64,000 nt of DNA, from the NCBI RefSeq assembly GCF_011386835.1, contig NC_088792.1:228842001-228906000 (forward strand). Reading direction: 5' to 3'. The notes beneath the pieces were generated by a model. That model was not told where the DNA came from. It saw nothing but the letters and a program-made list of their open reading frames with translations, and did no database searches. Origin of the DNA: Chrysemys picta bellii. Its lineage: Eukaryota. Positions 11,138-23,800 of the stretch are shown here, one piece after another (position 1 is the stretch's first letter; each line of letters opens with the position of its first letter). A program made the translations under genes and the position numbers.

Positions 11138-14100
11138 TAAAAGTTAAATTAAAAAAAAATGAATATTGTTAGTACATATCTTCAGATCACTAGAAATAGC
11201 ATATCACCATGTTTTCTTTGGGTTTTGGGTTTGTGCATAAAAAAATTAATTATTTTTAAAAATTAAGGAAATTCCTAGACAAATAATTACATTAATATAG
11301 AGTTAAGGTTGAGGCTAGGGTTAATTTAAGGGCAAAGAACGTTACTAGAATATTGTAATTAGCCCCATACCAATTATTATAACTTTAGGAAATGGAAGGT
11401 TAAAAGAAATCTAAATATATTAAGGTAACAAATGCCTTGTTAAGGTACAAAAAAACTTTTCCCCATGAGGGTGAAAAATAGGAAAAAATCTAATGTGTCA
11501 TTTCAAAACGGTTAATCTAATCAGGGATCACAAACATTAAAACACTTTAACCATAATCATGTCATTATCACATGGAGTCACTAGTAAGGAACAAGTGTAG
11601 GTGTTCAGATACGTAATGAGGGACAAATATGTAACTGGATAGATAGAACATGCTGTGAAAGATACTGCTGGTATTCTGACATTTTAGCCTTGCCATATTT
11701 GGATTTTAATACCGGCTAACTTACAAGGTGATGTGCAACTTAATACAAAGCAATCTTGGGGGATTCGTTAAGCATTTATACATCACACCACCCTCCGAGT
11801 TTAAATTAGTGTTATGTGATTAAAATGTATTATCAAATATAAATAGAATATATATATGGCGAAATAAACATATCTGCGATAGTTACATTATGTTTGAAGA
11901 GAGAGAGAGAAAATATCCATAGAGGTATTATATCCTTCTTGCTGCTGGCTGGCACTGATGTGAGTTTGACAGAGTGATATTCCAACACTAATCCCATTTA
12001 GAAAAACCAACCCTTTGTGCATAAATATATATTGTAGTAATAAAATAATATTTAGGATCCATTCTTTAAAAACTATCTTATTGTTTCCTGTAGGAACAAA
12101 AAATAAAAGCAGCCGATGTCTATAATGCAACTATGAAGGGAAAAAAACTCATACTTTGCTGTAATTGGTATTGAGCATCACAATGCACGTGCGCTTGGGT
12201 CTTGCTTGTATACTTCAAGGGTTCCATGCTATTTCTACTTGAACCCATTTTTTGATATAGCTCAGCTCAGCAGTGCTAGCTACCTCTTGTTATGCAGTTG
12301 AAAAACTGTGGCCATTAAAAATAGGATACGGTGTGATTTTGTTTTGCAGCACTGTGTGGAAAATCAGTTGCTGTTCATAACAGCTCTGTGGTTGGTTGAT
12401 TTATAGCAGGAGGGTGACTTCGAATTGACAAGCAGGCAGTTCATGAAAAAGAATATAGTATCTTTAAGGCTTTCTGACTGATTGTGTTTAACTGCGCTAC
12501 TCAGCAGGCAGTAATTAGGCTGTAGCTTTGCTGAGAGACTTAAAGCAAGGACTGTGTTGCTCTGTGCACTTGATTTTGTTTTTTAAAAAGCACAACAATT
12601 TCTGGATTTGAACAAATGGGATTTTTACTGTTTTTTAGCCAGTATGGGAGCAAACAGAAAGCAGACCCCTAGAGGCTCCTAAAGTTATCTTCCCATGCAG
12701 ATAGTCTCTAGGGAGTTATGGCTGCTTGCAAAGGGAAGCAATGAGAACCATTATAGAAACACATGACACTATTGCTGAAGGTCAGAGTGGTACTGGAATA
12801 AAAGAGAGGCTGCTGATACAAAGTGACATGGCTGCCGTGTCTTCTGGCCCAGTTCACAATTTTGATTAGAATGTAGCTCAAATACATTGTTAATGTGATT
12901 AATAAATAAAAGTGCATAATAATCATGATGGGGTGAACTGGTGCTTCCCCAGACTGCCGAGGGGAGAGGGAGGAGGGAAAATGGGAATCTTAGATAAAAG
13001 AAAGCAAACAGGATATGCAGTTAGAATTGCAGCCTGAAGAAACGTTTAATTTGGAAATACTGCTGCAATTTTATGAAGTGGACACTGCAGTGAACAATTG
13101 CAAACAATGTCACATTGCATGCGAGAACAACTCGTCAACCTTTTCCTTCAGAGCATGGTGACAGTGTAACATAATGTGGAGGGGAAATACCACAAACTTT
13201 ATAATCCAGTCTCCGTATAAACAGCACGGGATGCTCATTACTAAATTAGTTTGGACAACATTGTTTTCCCCTCATACCTCGAGTTTTTGTTGTTGTTTTG
13301 ATATTTTTGTGCTCTGAGATATCATCAAATAATACCAATTAGGCTTTTGTAACACTTGAGATTTTATTACATGGTTGCTCTCTGAAGTATAAATTAAAGA
13401 TATATTCTCTTCTCCTCTACTGTTTTTTTTTTCTTTTTTAATTATGCTTTCTTGGTATTTTAGTGCTATTAGAGTTAAAGAAGAAATGATCCTGTTGATG
13501 GTATTAGCCTATGACGTGTTTAGTAACAATTAATAGTTTATGGCAATGGGTCATATTTTAAGTCAGAAGAATAGAGGAATATTATATATATTTACTCCAG
13601 ATTGCAAGATTGTTGTTCGAGGTCCAACAAAACTGTTGTGATGAATATGGCTCTGATTCTGAATAAGATTGCTTCTGATAGTCCAGATAATAGTGCGGGT
13701 AAGTTTGAGGTGAACTCATGTTTCTTTTAGAAATTAGTCCCCTTTACCCAACTCTCCTGTTAGCCCAAGCTTTTAGTTTGTCTCCTCAATTCTCCTTAAC
13801 AAGAAAGTAAACTAGCGTGTAAATTGGCAGAAGCAGTGAGTGCATAAGGCCATTGTCCTGAGGTGTGTACATTTTTAAAAGGGTTAATCCACGTAAATTA
13901 TGAAAGTTTATAAAAATTCTCTCACTGAATGATAAGAGCAAAAATTACTTTCCAAATACAGCTGGGCTTGCAACAGCTAGATGGATTCAGTGCCACTGCC
14001 TAAGATTCACCTATCTATATTTCCTGTTGTTTTCAAGGTTGATTCATTTTGTGTAGTTGATAAATGCTCTTTGGAATCAGGATATACAGAAGATCACAGA

Positions 14101-14686
14101 TTAAATTGCAAAAGTATTTTTTCTAAGTGACAATGAACCTAATTCACTGTCAACTAATGCCAGGTGTTTTCCTCCCTAGTTCTTCAAAACAGTGACTGTA
14201 TAGGACTATTCACAGAGGCTTAGTGCAGGAAGGAAAATGATTACATGAAGTTGAATAATATGAATAATTCATGACATCACGTTTTGTAATCCTGGTGTTA
14301 AGCATAAAACCAATGGTTTATTTTTCAACCAAATGTTTTTGTATCATTTCAGAGAGTGCAAAACAATAACTGCATACATAATGTGAAAGCATACTGACAA
14401 ATAGGACACCTTATAGTGCTTTCAGTGTCATCTGTGGTATCACAATAAGCATGCTTTGAGGCAATGTCTGTGGGTGCCCATTGTACTTTGGAATCTTCTG
14501 CGGTCAATGGAATGTCTGCCTTTTCATTTATTTTTATAATATTGCCCCAGATCTTTACCTCTAATTTGAAAATAAATATTTCTATCTTGATAAAAATACA
14601 TACTTTCCCCATCCCATCATCCCTGTTTATTTGCAATTATTCTACTGAGAATAAACATAGTGATTAAACCCTATTTTCCCATTACA

Positions 14687-14688
<2 letters not shown>

Positions 14689-14754
<66 letters not shown>
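14689..14754. repeat. (GT)33 microsatellite
   Basis: Uninterrupted GT run. Confidence 0.98.
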
Positions 14755-14758
<4 letters not shown>

Positions 14759-15180
14759 ATATATATAGTATGTAATGGGGACTGTTGTTCTCAGTTTTAT
14801 ATATACATATATTAGGACTATCAAGCAGTTAAAAAAATTAATCACGATTAAAAAAAATTAATTGTGATTAATCGTGCAATTAATCGCACTGTTAGACAAT
14901 AATAGAATACCATTTATTTAAATATTTTTGGATGTTTTATACATTTTCAAATATATTGATTTCAATTACAACACAGAATACAATGTGTAGAGTGCTCACT
15001 TTATATTTATTTTTGATTACAAATATTTGCACCGTAAAAAACAAAAGAAATCGTATTTTTCAATTCACCTAATACAAATGCTCTTTACCGTGAAAGTTGA
15101 TAAAGTAGAATTATGTACAAAAAACCCTGCATTAAAAACAAAACAATGTAAAATTTTAGAGTTTACAAGTCCAATCAGTC

Positions 15181-15678
15181 CTACTTCTTGTTCAGCCAAT
15201 CGCTCAGACAAACCAGTTTGTTTACACTCGCAGAAGATAATGCTGCCTGTTTCTTGTTTACAATGTCACCTGAAAGTGAGAAAAGGCATTTGCATGTCAC
15301 TGTTGTAGCTGGCGTCACAAGATATTTACATGCCAGATGCACTAAAGATTCATATGTCCCTTCATGCTTTAACCACCATTTCAGTGGACATGCGTCCATG
15401 CTGAAGACAGGTTCTGTTCAATAACGATCCAAAGCAGTGCGAACCGCTGCATGTTCATTTTCATCATCTGAGTTAGATGCCACCACCAGAAGGTTGATTT
15501 TCTTTTTTGGTGGTTTGAGTTCTGTAGTTTCCGCCTTGAAGTGTTGCTCTTTTAAGACTTCTGAAAGCATGCTCCACACCTCATCCCTCTCAGATTTTGG
15601 AAGGCACTTCAGATTCTTAAATCTTGGGTTGAGTGCCATAGCTATCTTTAGAAATTTCACATTGGTACCTTTTTGCAT
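15181..15678 (-). pseudogene. hAT (ZBED1-like) transposase C-terminal remnant with dimerisation domain
   Basis: AMALNPRFKNLKCL...; CPLKWWLKHEGTYESLVHLACKYLVTPATTVTCKCLFSLSGDIV, with an in-frame stop between the two ORFs. Confidence 0.85.
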
Positions 15679-15842
15679 TTTGTCAAATTTGCCGTGAAAA
15701 TGTTCTTAAAATGAATGTGTACATGGTCATCATCTGAGACTGCTATAACATGAAATATATGGCAGAATGTGGGTAAAACAGAGTAGGAGACATACAATTC
15801 TCCCCCAAGGAGTTCAAATTTTATTAAGGCATTGTTTTTTTA

Positions 15843-16076
15843 ATGAGTGTCATCAGCATGGCAGCATGTTCTCTGGAACAATGGCCAAAGCATGAAGAGG
15901 TATATGAATCTTTAGCACACGTGGCACGTAAATATCTTGCGATGCCAGCTACAACAGTGCCCTGCAAATGCCTGTTCTCCCTTTTAGGTGACATTGTAAA
16001 CAAGAAGCAGGCAGCATTGTCTTCTGCGAATGTAAACAAACTGGTTTGTCTGAGCGATTGGCTGAACAAAAAGTAG
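15843..16076 (+). pseudogene. Second, inverted copy of the hAT dimerisation-domain remnant
   Basis: LAHVARKYLAMPATTVPCKCLFSLLGDIVNKKQAALSSANVNKLVCLSDWLNKK. Confidence 0.85.
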
Positions 16077-19000
16077 GACTGAGTGGATTTGTAGGCTCTA
16101 AAGTTTTACATTGTTTTGTTTTTGAGTGCACTTACAAAAAATACTACATTTGTAAGTTGCACTTTCATGATAAAGAGATTGCACTACAGTACTTGTGTGA
16201 GGTGAATTGAAAAATACTATTTCTTTTGTTTATCATTTTTACAGTGCAAATATTTGTAATAAAATAATATAAAATGAGTACTGTACACTTTGTATTCTGT
16301 GTTGTAATTGAAATCAATATATTGGAAATGTAGAAAAACATTCAAATATATTTAATAAATTTCAATTGGTATTTTATTATTTAATGGTGTGATTAATTTT
16401 TTTTAGTTAATCACATGAGTTAACTGCAATTAATCAACAGCCCATATATATAATATATATATATATAATATAAACTAAGAACAACAGTGACAGTGCATTG
16501 CGTGAATGTTGGCATAAAGTATTATTTATTCTTACACAAAATATATTGACATTTTAACAAACTTTAGATTTTTTCTTTTCTGCCCTGAAATATTTATCAT
16601 GTAGAATACTGGACAGAAGAAATTTTCAATGAAATGCAATCCAGTGCTGTTTGAAGTTTGATGGAACATCTTTCTTTCTGGAAATGACCCTACATGAGAG
16701 AGAGGTTGTTTTGCGTCCTCGGTGTTACAGTTTCCAGGTCAGCTACTGGAACAATGCTCTTACACGGGGCTGATTATTATGCCATCATCCATGCTGAAAT
16801 AATTGTGTACCTGGGCCATCTGTGTCTGTCTTTTCCAGCACCTTCCTATGGACAGCTCCAGGGCACTCGCTTGAGGTCAGAATGGACTCCTACTGGGTTG
16901 TCCACATATTTGTCTTGTAGGAGAGAACAATCTGTCAATGACTTTCAAAGCTGTTTAACAAAACATCCACTGCTTCTAAATATTACAACACCAAATATCA
17001 TCTATGTGTACACACCAAACAAATATATCTATGTAATGCAGTAAACATGTCAGTTAGTACTGTTATAACTGCTAGAATGGCATTTTAATCAGTTTTATTA
17101 TTTAAAATAAAAAAATAATGATTAATTATGGTGGTCAGTGATCTTCAAACTGAATTAAAATTCTGAAAGTTCCTGAGAGTAATATATGGGTGTTTGTTTC
17201 ATATTTAGGTACATTATAACCATTTTTGCCTAGTTTATGTTTCTGAAAATCTAGCAGAATGAATTTGTCTTTTGTAGGATTCAGGGTTTTTAAAAATGAT
17301 TTTAGTGTATTACTATATAAAACAGGTCTTTTTTAATTTAATCTTTTATTTAAAGAAATGTTTTCACCCAAGATACTAAAATAAGAACATTATAAACATA
17401 TTCAGGGCAAAATGTAATAGATTTAGAGTTTAATTGTAATGTTCTGTTAAGAATTTTTAATGGAAAACCTGATGACCCAATTATAGAATGAAAGTAGAAA
17501 ATCAGAACACAGTATCTGGATTTGAATATAAAAATGCTGAAATGCATACTACATACGAGTTTGAGATCTATTCTACTTCTTGTCAAGAAGGTACAAAATT
17601 ATCAAGAATTAACAGAGAGAGCAGACATCAGACCCTGTAAAAGACCTGATCATTCTGTGGAAGAATATAAAATATATTTAAAATCAGAATAATAGTACCA
17701 CAGAATTTACTCCTAAACAGCCTCTCAGTGCAATGCCAAAGAAGTGATTTTTCTTTTGCTCCTGTGTTGTCATCCCATAATTCTCTATAACATCATTGCT
17801 TATAGTGTCACAAGTGTTAGCTTCTGGCCAAGACACTATTGACTATCAGTCATGGAATCTGCTCATTTGGGGAGAGATTTTCAAAAGCATAAAGACAATT
17901 AGTCACTTGACTTCTTTGGAAAGCCAATGGGAGTTGTGTGCTTAGCTGCTCTTTATGTCTTTGAAAATCTCCCTCTTACAGCATAGATTCCTCTACTGCC
18001 TACATTCCCCCCCACCTTTTCTCTTCCTAAGAGAACAGCTACAAAGTAATGACTCTTTGCATAATGTACCAGTTCCGGTACAGGATAGGGATCCACTACT
18101 ATTTGGTACTGAGATAAAATATTAGTCTTCCTTCAGTAAATGCTACTTTGGGCAAGGAGGGGGTAAGTGTGGCTCTGGGGATGTCCTGATTTGGAGGAAA
18201 GAGGTTATCAAGCTAAGTTCTTAATAAATTTCCCTTCACTTGATGGGAAGATGTGCAGGTGCTAAAGACAGCAAACACGTTAACAGCATGATATGTACTG
18301 GGGTTTTTTGTGGGTGATCCTAAACTCCTAGGCTCAGAAAGGCATCACCTTAGGTCTTGTGCCCTTCAATAAAAAGGGCTTAGTCTACCTGAGCTGGTCC
18401 CAACTTGTGTGCATGGGAAGTTATGGCTCAGCCCTGTGTTGGTTCTGTGGCACGAGCCATTCTTTGGCAATCCTCCTTTGTTAGTAGGTCTGCTGTTGAT
18501 CAAACACAGCACCTATAGAGGATTAGCTGTGGGGTGAAGGATGTTGCCAAGCACAAACAGGCTGTGACAGACCTTTTGGAACATGATGTGCAGATGTTGT
18601 TTTAGCCTCCTTTCAAGACTTAAATCCACTTGGGCTTGGCCACTCCATCACCACTCCAAGTAACACTCATTTTTATCCAGCCTCACAGCTTGGTTTGTTC
18701 TTATAGTTTTTCACAGAGAAATGACAGGGTATGGGACCAGAAAGCACCACTCTCAAACTGGATTGTGAACCATAGCATCATGCCCATTCAGTAGAAAGTC
18801 AAAGGATGAAGTATGATGACATTCCTTACAATTGCCCTGGATTCCTTTGTCCAGATCTCTCAGACATGGTATCTAATGTTTTCAACCTGGAAACACGGTA
18901 ACAGATTAAAAACTGGTTACCGGCTTTGCTGATGAAGTATGCCAGCTAAACTCAAGGTTATTGGTTGAGCAGGCATGAGTTCAGCTACTGTGCTGAAGAG

Positions 19001-19778
19001 GGTTGGATTTACAGGGATTCCTAACTCTATTGATCCTCCAAGGATCTGAGTTCCTTCTGGGATATGTTGAGTACCCTTACCTATTGAGTCAATTGGAAAT
19101 TGAGGGCTCTTAGTGCTCTTTGGTAGGAACTCAGCTCCTTGTATAATCAAGTTATTGGGGAAGACTGCTGGGAGAACAAAGGTGGAGCCTTACCTCCATT
19201 TTTGTATTGCCAGTTCCATCGAAAGGTGGATCAGAACAGATAAGACTCCTGACTTCCAAAGAAGATAACATCACAACTGAACTGCTGCCCCCGAGCCCTT
19301 TCCTAGAGGTAGGTAAAAGGCTGACAAAATTCATGATGCATCTTTAAGGGAATGAAAAGACTTCATCAGAACTAAGTGATTTAAAAATACCCAAGAATTG
19401 GGAACTTCAGTTATCTGATCTTAATCCCAAGTAAAGGTGTAGCTGGAGTTTTCCAAAAAAGCAAAATAAATCCCAAATAAAATATTCAAATCTAACAGGT
19501 TCAGCCAGACCCTAAGACCCATTTGACTAAAGCCTCAGTGTAGCCTGGAAGGAACTCTATTTCCAAAGCTGCAAGTGACATAAGCAGCCCAGGGTGACCC
19601 TCAATCACAGTGGGATTTACAATTACAGTCTAAAATAAGATTTCAGGGTTACTGATCCAGGCATGTATTGAGTTTCCTACTAAGGAGCTTTGCTAGTATG
19701 TTCAGGAAAAAGATACTTTGAAACCTAAAATAATTATAGAACAGTATTTAGTTTTTGCTCTTTCTCTCCACCGGTTTT

Positions 19779-19810
19779 ACACACACACACACACACACAC
19801 ACATACACAC
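19779..19810. repeat. (AC)n microsatellite
   Basis: acacac run with one interruption. Confidence 0.95.
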
Positions 19811-20619
19811 AACCCTGCAACCAGTTAAAGCTGATGAGCTAGTTATAACCCCCACCAACTCAAAAAGGTTATTTCAGTAAGTTGAGCAATGCAGAAATAT
19901 CAGTGGCAAAATAAGGATAGTTAAGTGGAAAACATAGTCAATAATTAATCAGCTGAGTAAGATCATACATTTTTAATACATATTTAGAAGAATCTGTGCA
20001 TAATACTGCATTTTTGCATACCAAAGAATTTGTAAAGATATGAAATGCAGAGCATATTGTGTGCTAACTTAAAATAGTTCAGTATGTGAAATCAACGAAA
20101 GATCACATTGCTGTTTTATTTCCAGTCCTGCAAGGTATTGTGTACTTTCCCCAAAAGGTGTGGCACCCATTCAGCTACGTTGACTTGGGTATGAGGGTAC
20201 TCAAGAGAAGAGCTTGGCATCTTTCAGCATTGGAAGCTTACTCACTGCTTCCAGACAAACGATGGGTTTGCTTTGCACATAATGCAGAAAGGTGGCTCTT
20301 TATTTATGCTGCCTTTAACCGACTATAGAAATGATGCATGCAGGGCTGACCAACAACTATGCAAAAATAAAACAAGCTTGAAAACTTTCTAATTTGGCAA
20401 CAACTCAAAATTTTTGCAAAAGGCATATATTCTCAAAAAATAGTTTAGTATCTGTAGAAAAACAATTTTGACAGAAACTTTTGAAGTGCTTGAAGTACCT
20501 TGTGGAATCAAGGCCACAATTTGTAAAAGAAGAAGAATGTAGTGATAGCAAATTATCACAGAGTAATGCTATGGTGACAAATGTAAACATCATGCAAACT
20601 GATTTTAAAGGAAATTGTT

Positions 20620-20820
20620 GGGCTCTGTGCATGGTTCTGCCACAGACTTACTTACCCATGAGCAAGTCACTTAATCTCCCTGTGCCTTAGTTTCTCCATC
20701 TGTATAAAATGGGGATAATAATATCAACTCTGTAGGGGAACTGTGAGACTTAGTTAATTGCTTATAAAGCAATTAGATCCTTCAATGGAACGTGGTATTG
20801 AAGTGCACAATGCTACTATT
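20620..20820 (+). mobile_element. MIR/CORE-SINE-like element
   Basis: CORE motif gcaagtcacttaatctccctgtgccttagtttctccatctgtataaaatggggataata. Confidence 0.8.
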
Positions 20821-23800
20821 GTTTTCAGAGCTAAAGATTGTCCACAACATTTGCTCTGAGATCATGGCTCAAAGTAGTACTCCTACTTACTGATTAATAC
20901 TCCAGTACCAGTATGTTTTGGGAACACAGCCCAAGGAACGGTTAGAAGCATAAGATTCTGGATACTAGAGAGTGATTTGTTCCCTCTCTTCCTGGGATAG
21001 TACACATCAAATTTTGTCAAGCTGATGTGCTTGGTGCTTGCATAGAGAAGGAGAGTATAAATAGGTGTGAACTGCCCCTTCTCCTTGAAACTACCTGTTG
21101 GTCATTCCTTGGAGCAGCCTTAATGATGACTCAAAGAAAGACCATACGTCCAGACTTCAGGCAGGATGAACAGTTGCTGTGGTAACAGTCGCAGTAAAAG
21201 GGAGAAGAGTCAAGTGGGGGGTGGGCTACATGGACAGATACAAAAGAGATGATCCCAAATAAAGGGGGGTGGGTAATAATCCATGGTGGAATGGAATACC
21301 TAGAGGATTTGCCAAAACAAGATTGAACTTTCCAGTGAAAATTACCTGGGATGTTTTTTAGTTAAACCATTACATTAATTACATTGCCACTCCCTATGCT
21401 GCTATAATTAATAGTTTAACAGTATTTCCATTATAAACCGAGAAAATGAGCACCGAGAAAATAGCAAATAGAAAGTGACTGAAATCAGTGAAGTTTCCGG
21501 GATTAGTAATAGAATGCAGAGGTTTTTCTTTTATAACAGTAAAAAACCCCAAACCATCCAAAATAGTGAACATTGTAAGCAAAACCTTACAGGATCATTT
21601 ACTTAGAGCAAAACAGTATATTTTAAAAACACTGAGTGGCACAGAATTCTGAGGATGCACCATGATACCACGGCAATGGGCATCTTTATAAAACCTAAAC
21701 AGCTAGCAAAGGAATCAAGAGGGTAATGAGCAGCATGGTTGATTAGTCAGAGATTGAACACTGTGGAAGAATGCCTGGAAGAAAGATATGAGAGAGAGAG
21801 AGAGAGAGCACAACTTGGAGTGAGATAAATAGAGTAGAAACAAAGGCAGAAAAAGATCTGTGCTTGTAGGAGAAAGAATGAGGTCCACAGCAGAAAATAC
21901 GGGCTTAGAGAGGAGCAGTTAGCCTTGGGCTATGAAAGAGCATCAGGAGCTGAGTGAAAGAGATGCCTAAATAAGAGGGTGTACATGAAGTAAAGAGAGA
22001 AAAGCTGGATAATAGCTATACATGGGGGTCAGGGGTCTAGCTGGAAATGGTCCAAAGAAAGGAGAGACCTTGATGTTTGGAGAGGAAGACGGGCATGATG
22101 ACTCAAGAGATGACAACTGTTTCTGCTGATGAGGTAGTTTGTTTTGTGTTTGTTTGTTTGTTTATTACCAGAATTGTAACAAGGTTTCCCCTCTGTCCAT
22201 TAAAAAAGAGAATTTCAATGGGATTAAAGACATATTCCTATTTGCCTTCGCCACAGATGTCTGTACCTTATCCCTACGTCAGCATAATTTGCTGCTCTCC
22301 TCAGTTCTACTCTCTCCCTCAGTGCTGTTCCTTTGTCTTGCAGATAGGTGCTTTCCTGCATAACCTCTGCGTTTGTACAATGAGCAGGCTCAAGCCACCT
22401 TCAAAATGCTTATTCACATTTCCCTGTTTTTGTTTTCTCTTAGGGTTCCTGGCTCAGGTGAAATTCACTCCTATGCATCAGGCTGGCACAAGGCCTATGG
22501 ATCACTTAAGTCTCAACGACATCCTTACAGGCTTTGTGCTGGCCTGCAGCAGAAGGGGGGATTTCATCCTCAGTACCATTCATTAGCTCTAAAACCTTTC
22601 TGTTTCTCTAGTGTGCACAGAGAAGTAAATGAATTTCAGACACGTAACATCATCATGCCCCTTGTCATCACATCTTGAACTTGGTTGTAGACCAGTGGCT
22701 TCTTTTCAATACAGTAAGCTATAAGAGTCATGAATTAAATCTTCCAATCTTTTCTTCTTTGTTTGGTTATAGCAATATCAGTGAGACCTTCAACACTTAT
22801 TTTAGCCCTTCTATCTGCTGGAGTATAAATACCAAAGCAAATTCATTGATAAAGGTGCACTTTCTTACCTTACCTCACACACTGAATCGTGTTGGTACAA
22901 GCTCTATACTTCACCTAGTACCTACTGGATCACATTGTGATAGGTAAGGAGCTGTGTATTTTTAGTGTGGATGAGCACACAACTATGTAAACATTTGTGT
23001 TTCTGCAACTAATACATTGAAAAATTCCCAGTGTTACTTGGCTGTCAAACTCCTATTTCTACCTGTGTGTGATTTTAGCTGAATCTCGTACTGCCCTTGG
23101 TTGCTGTAATATACATTTCAAAAGGAACTAAAAGTTGTTCAAAAATTGGCAGAACTAAAGAAACAGTTTGCAGAGGGACTGACGCTGCAGTTCTGTATCC
23201 AACCATGCTCTAGAAGATCAATAATGGGAAAACGTTTGTATGCTGGGATTCAAGGTCAAGCCAACAATCTCCTGGAGAAAGTAAAAATGAATAATCATTT
23301 GATTAATGCATGCAATGAAGGGCCAGAAGATTAAGGGAAGGTGTAATTTGGGCACTTTAATTTAGTACCCAAATATCTTTTAACAAGGACAACACTTTGC
23401 CGTTTAACTGGATTCCTCCTCACCCTCTTTCGACTATGAAACTATGTTAAATAGTTAATGCTATAAACTAAGAGCTAAAATGAGTATAGTGCCACACAGT
23501 TATGTAAAAATCATTCTTGGATAACTTCTATAACTGCCTTTTATAATACAAAACAAGACAATATCCCATATCCTTATCTTCATCAGAACTCCATTTGGCG
23601 TAGCTGAGGGGGGAAGGTCATGTTAAGATCTTTATAGACATGTAAGAAGATAAGGTTGCCACCCAGAAGAGCTTATAATTCAGCAAAGAAGCCCACGCCT
23701 TACTTCCTACGGAAATCAATGGGACAACTTAAATGCTCAATATTATGCACATGCTTAAGTACCTTGCTGAATTGGGGTCTTAATAAACTATATATTCCCA

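Larger units (their letters stand above)
14813..16445. mobile_element. hAT non-autonomous element with about 600-bp inverted arms
   Basis: Ends taggactatcaagc / taatcaacagccc. The left arm (about 14813-15420) is the reverse complement of the right arm (about 15835-16445). Inserted in a TA-rich site; no exact TSD. Confidence 0.9.

Noticed and set aside
14642-14845. ORF with a poly-(TH) run
   Set aside because: Translation of the (GT)33 microsatellite.
22077-22586. 169-aa ORF
   Set aside because: No recognisable domain; runs across pyrimidine tracts and a hairpin MITE at about 22455-22575.
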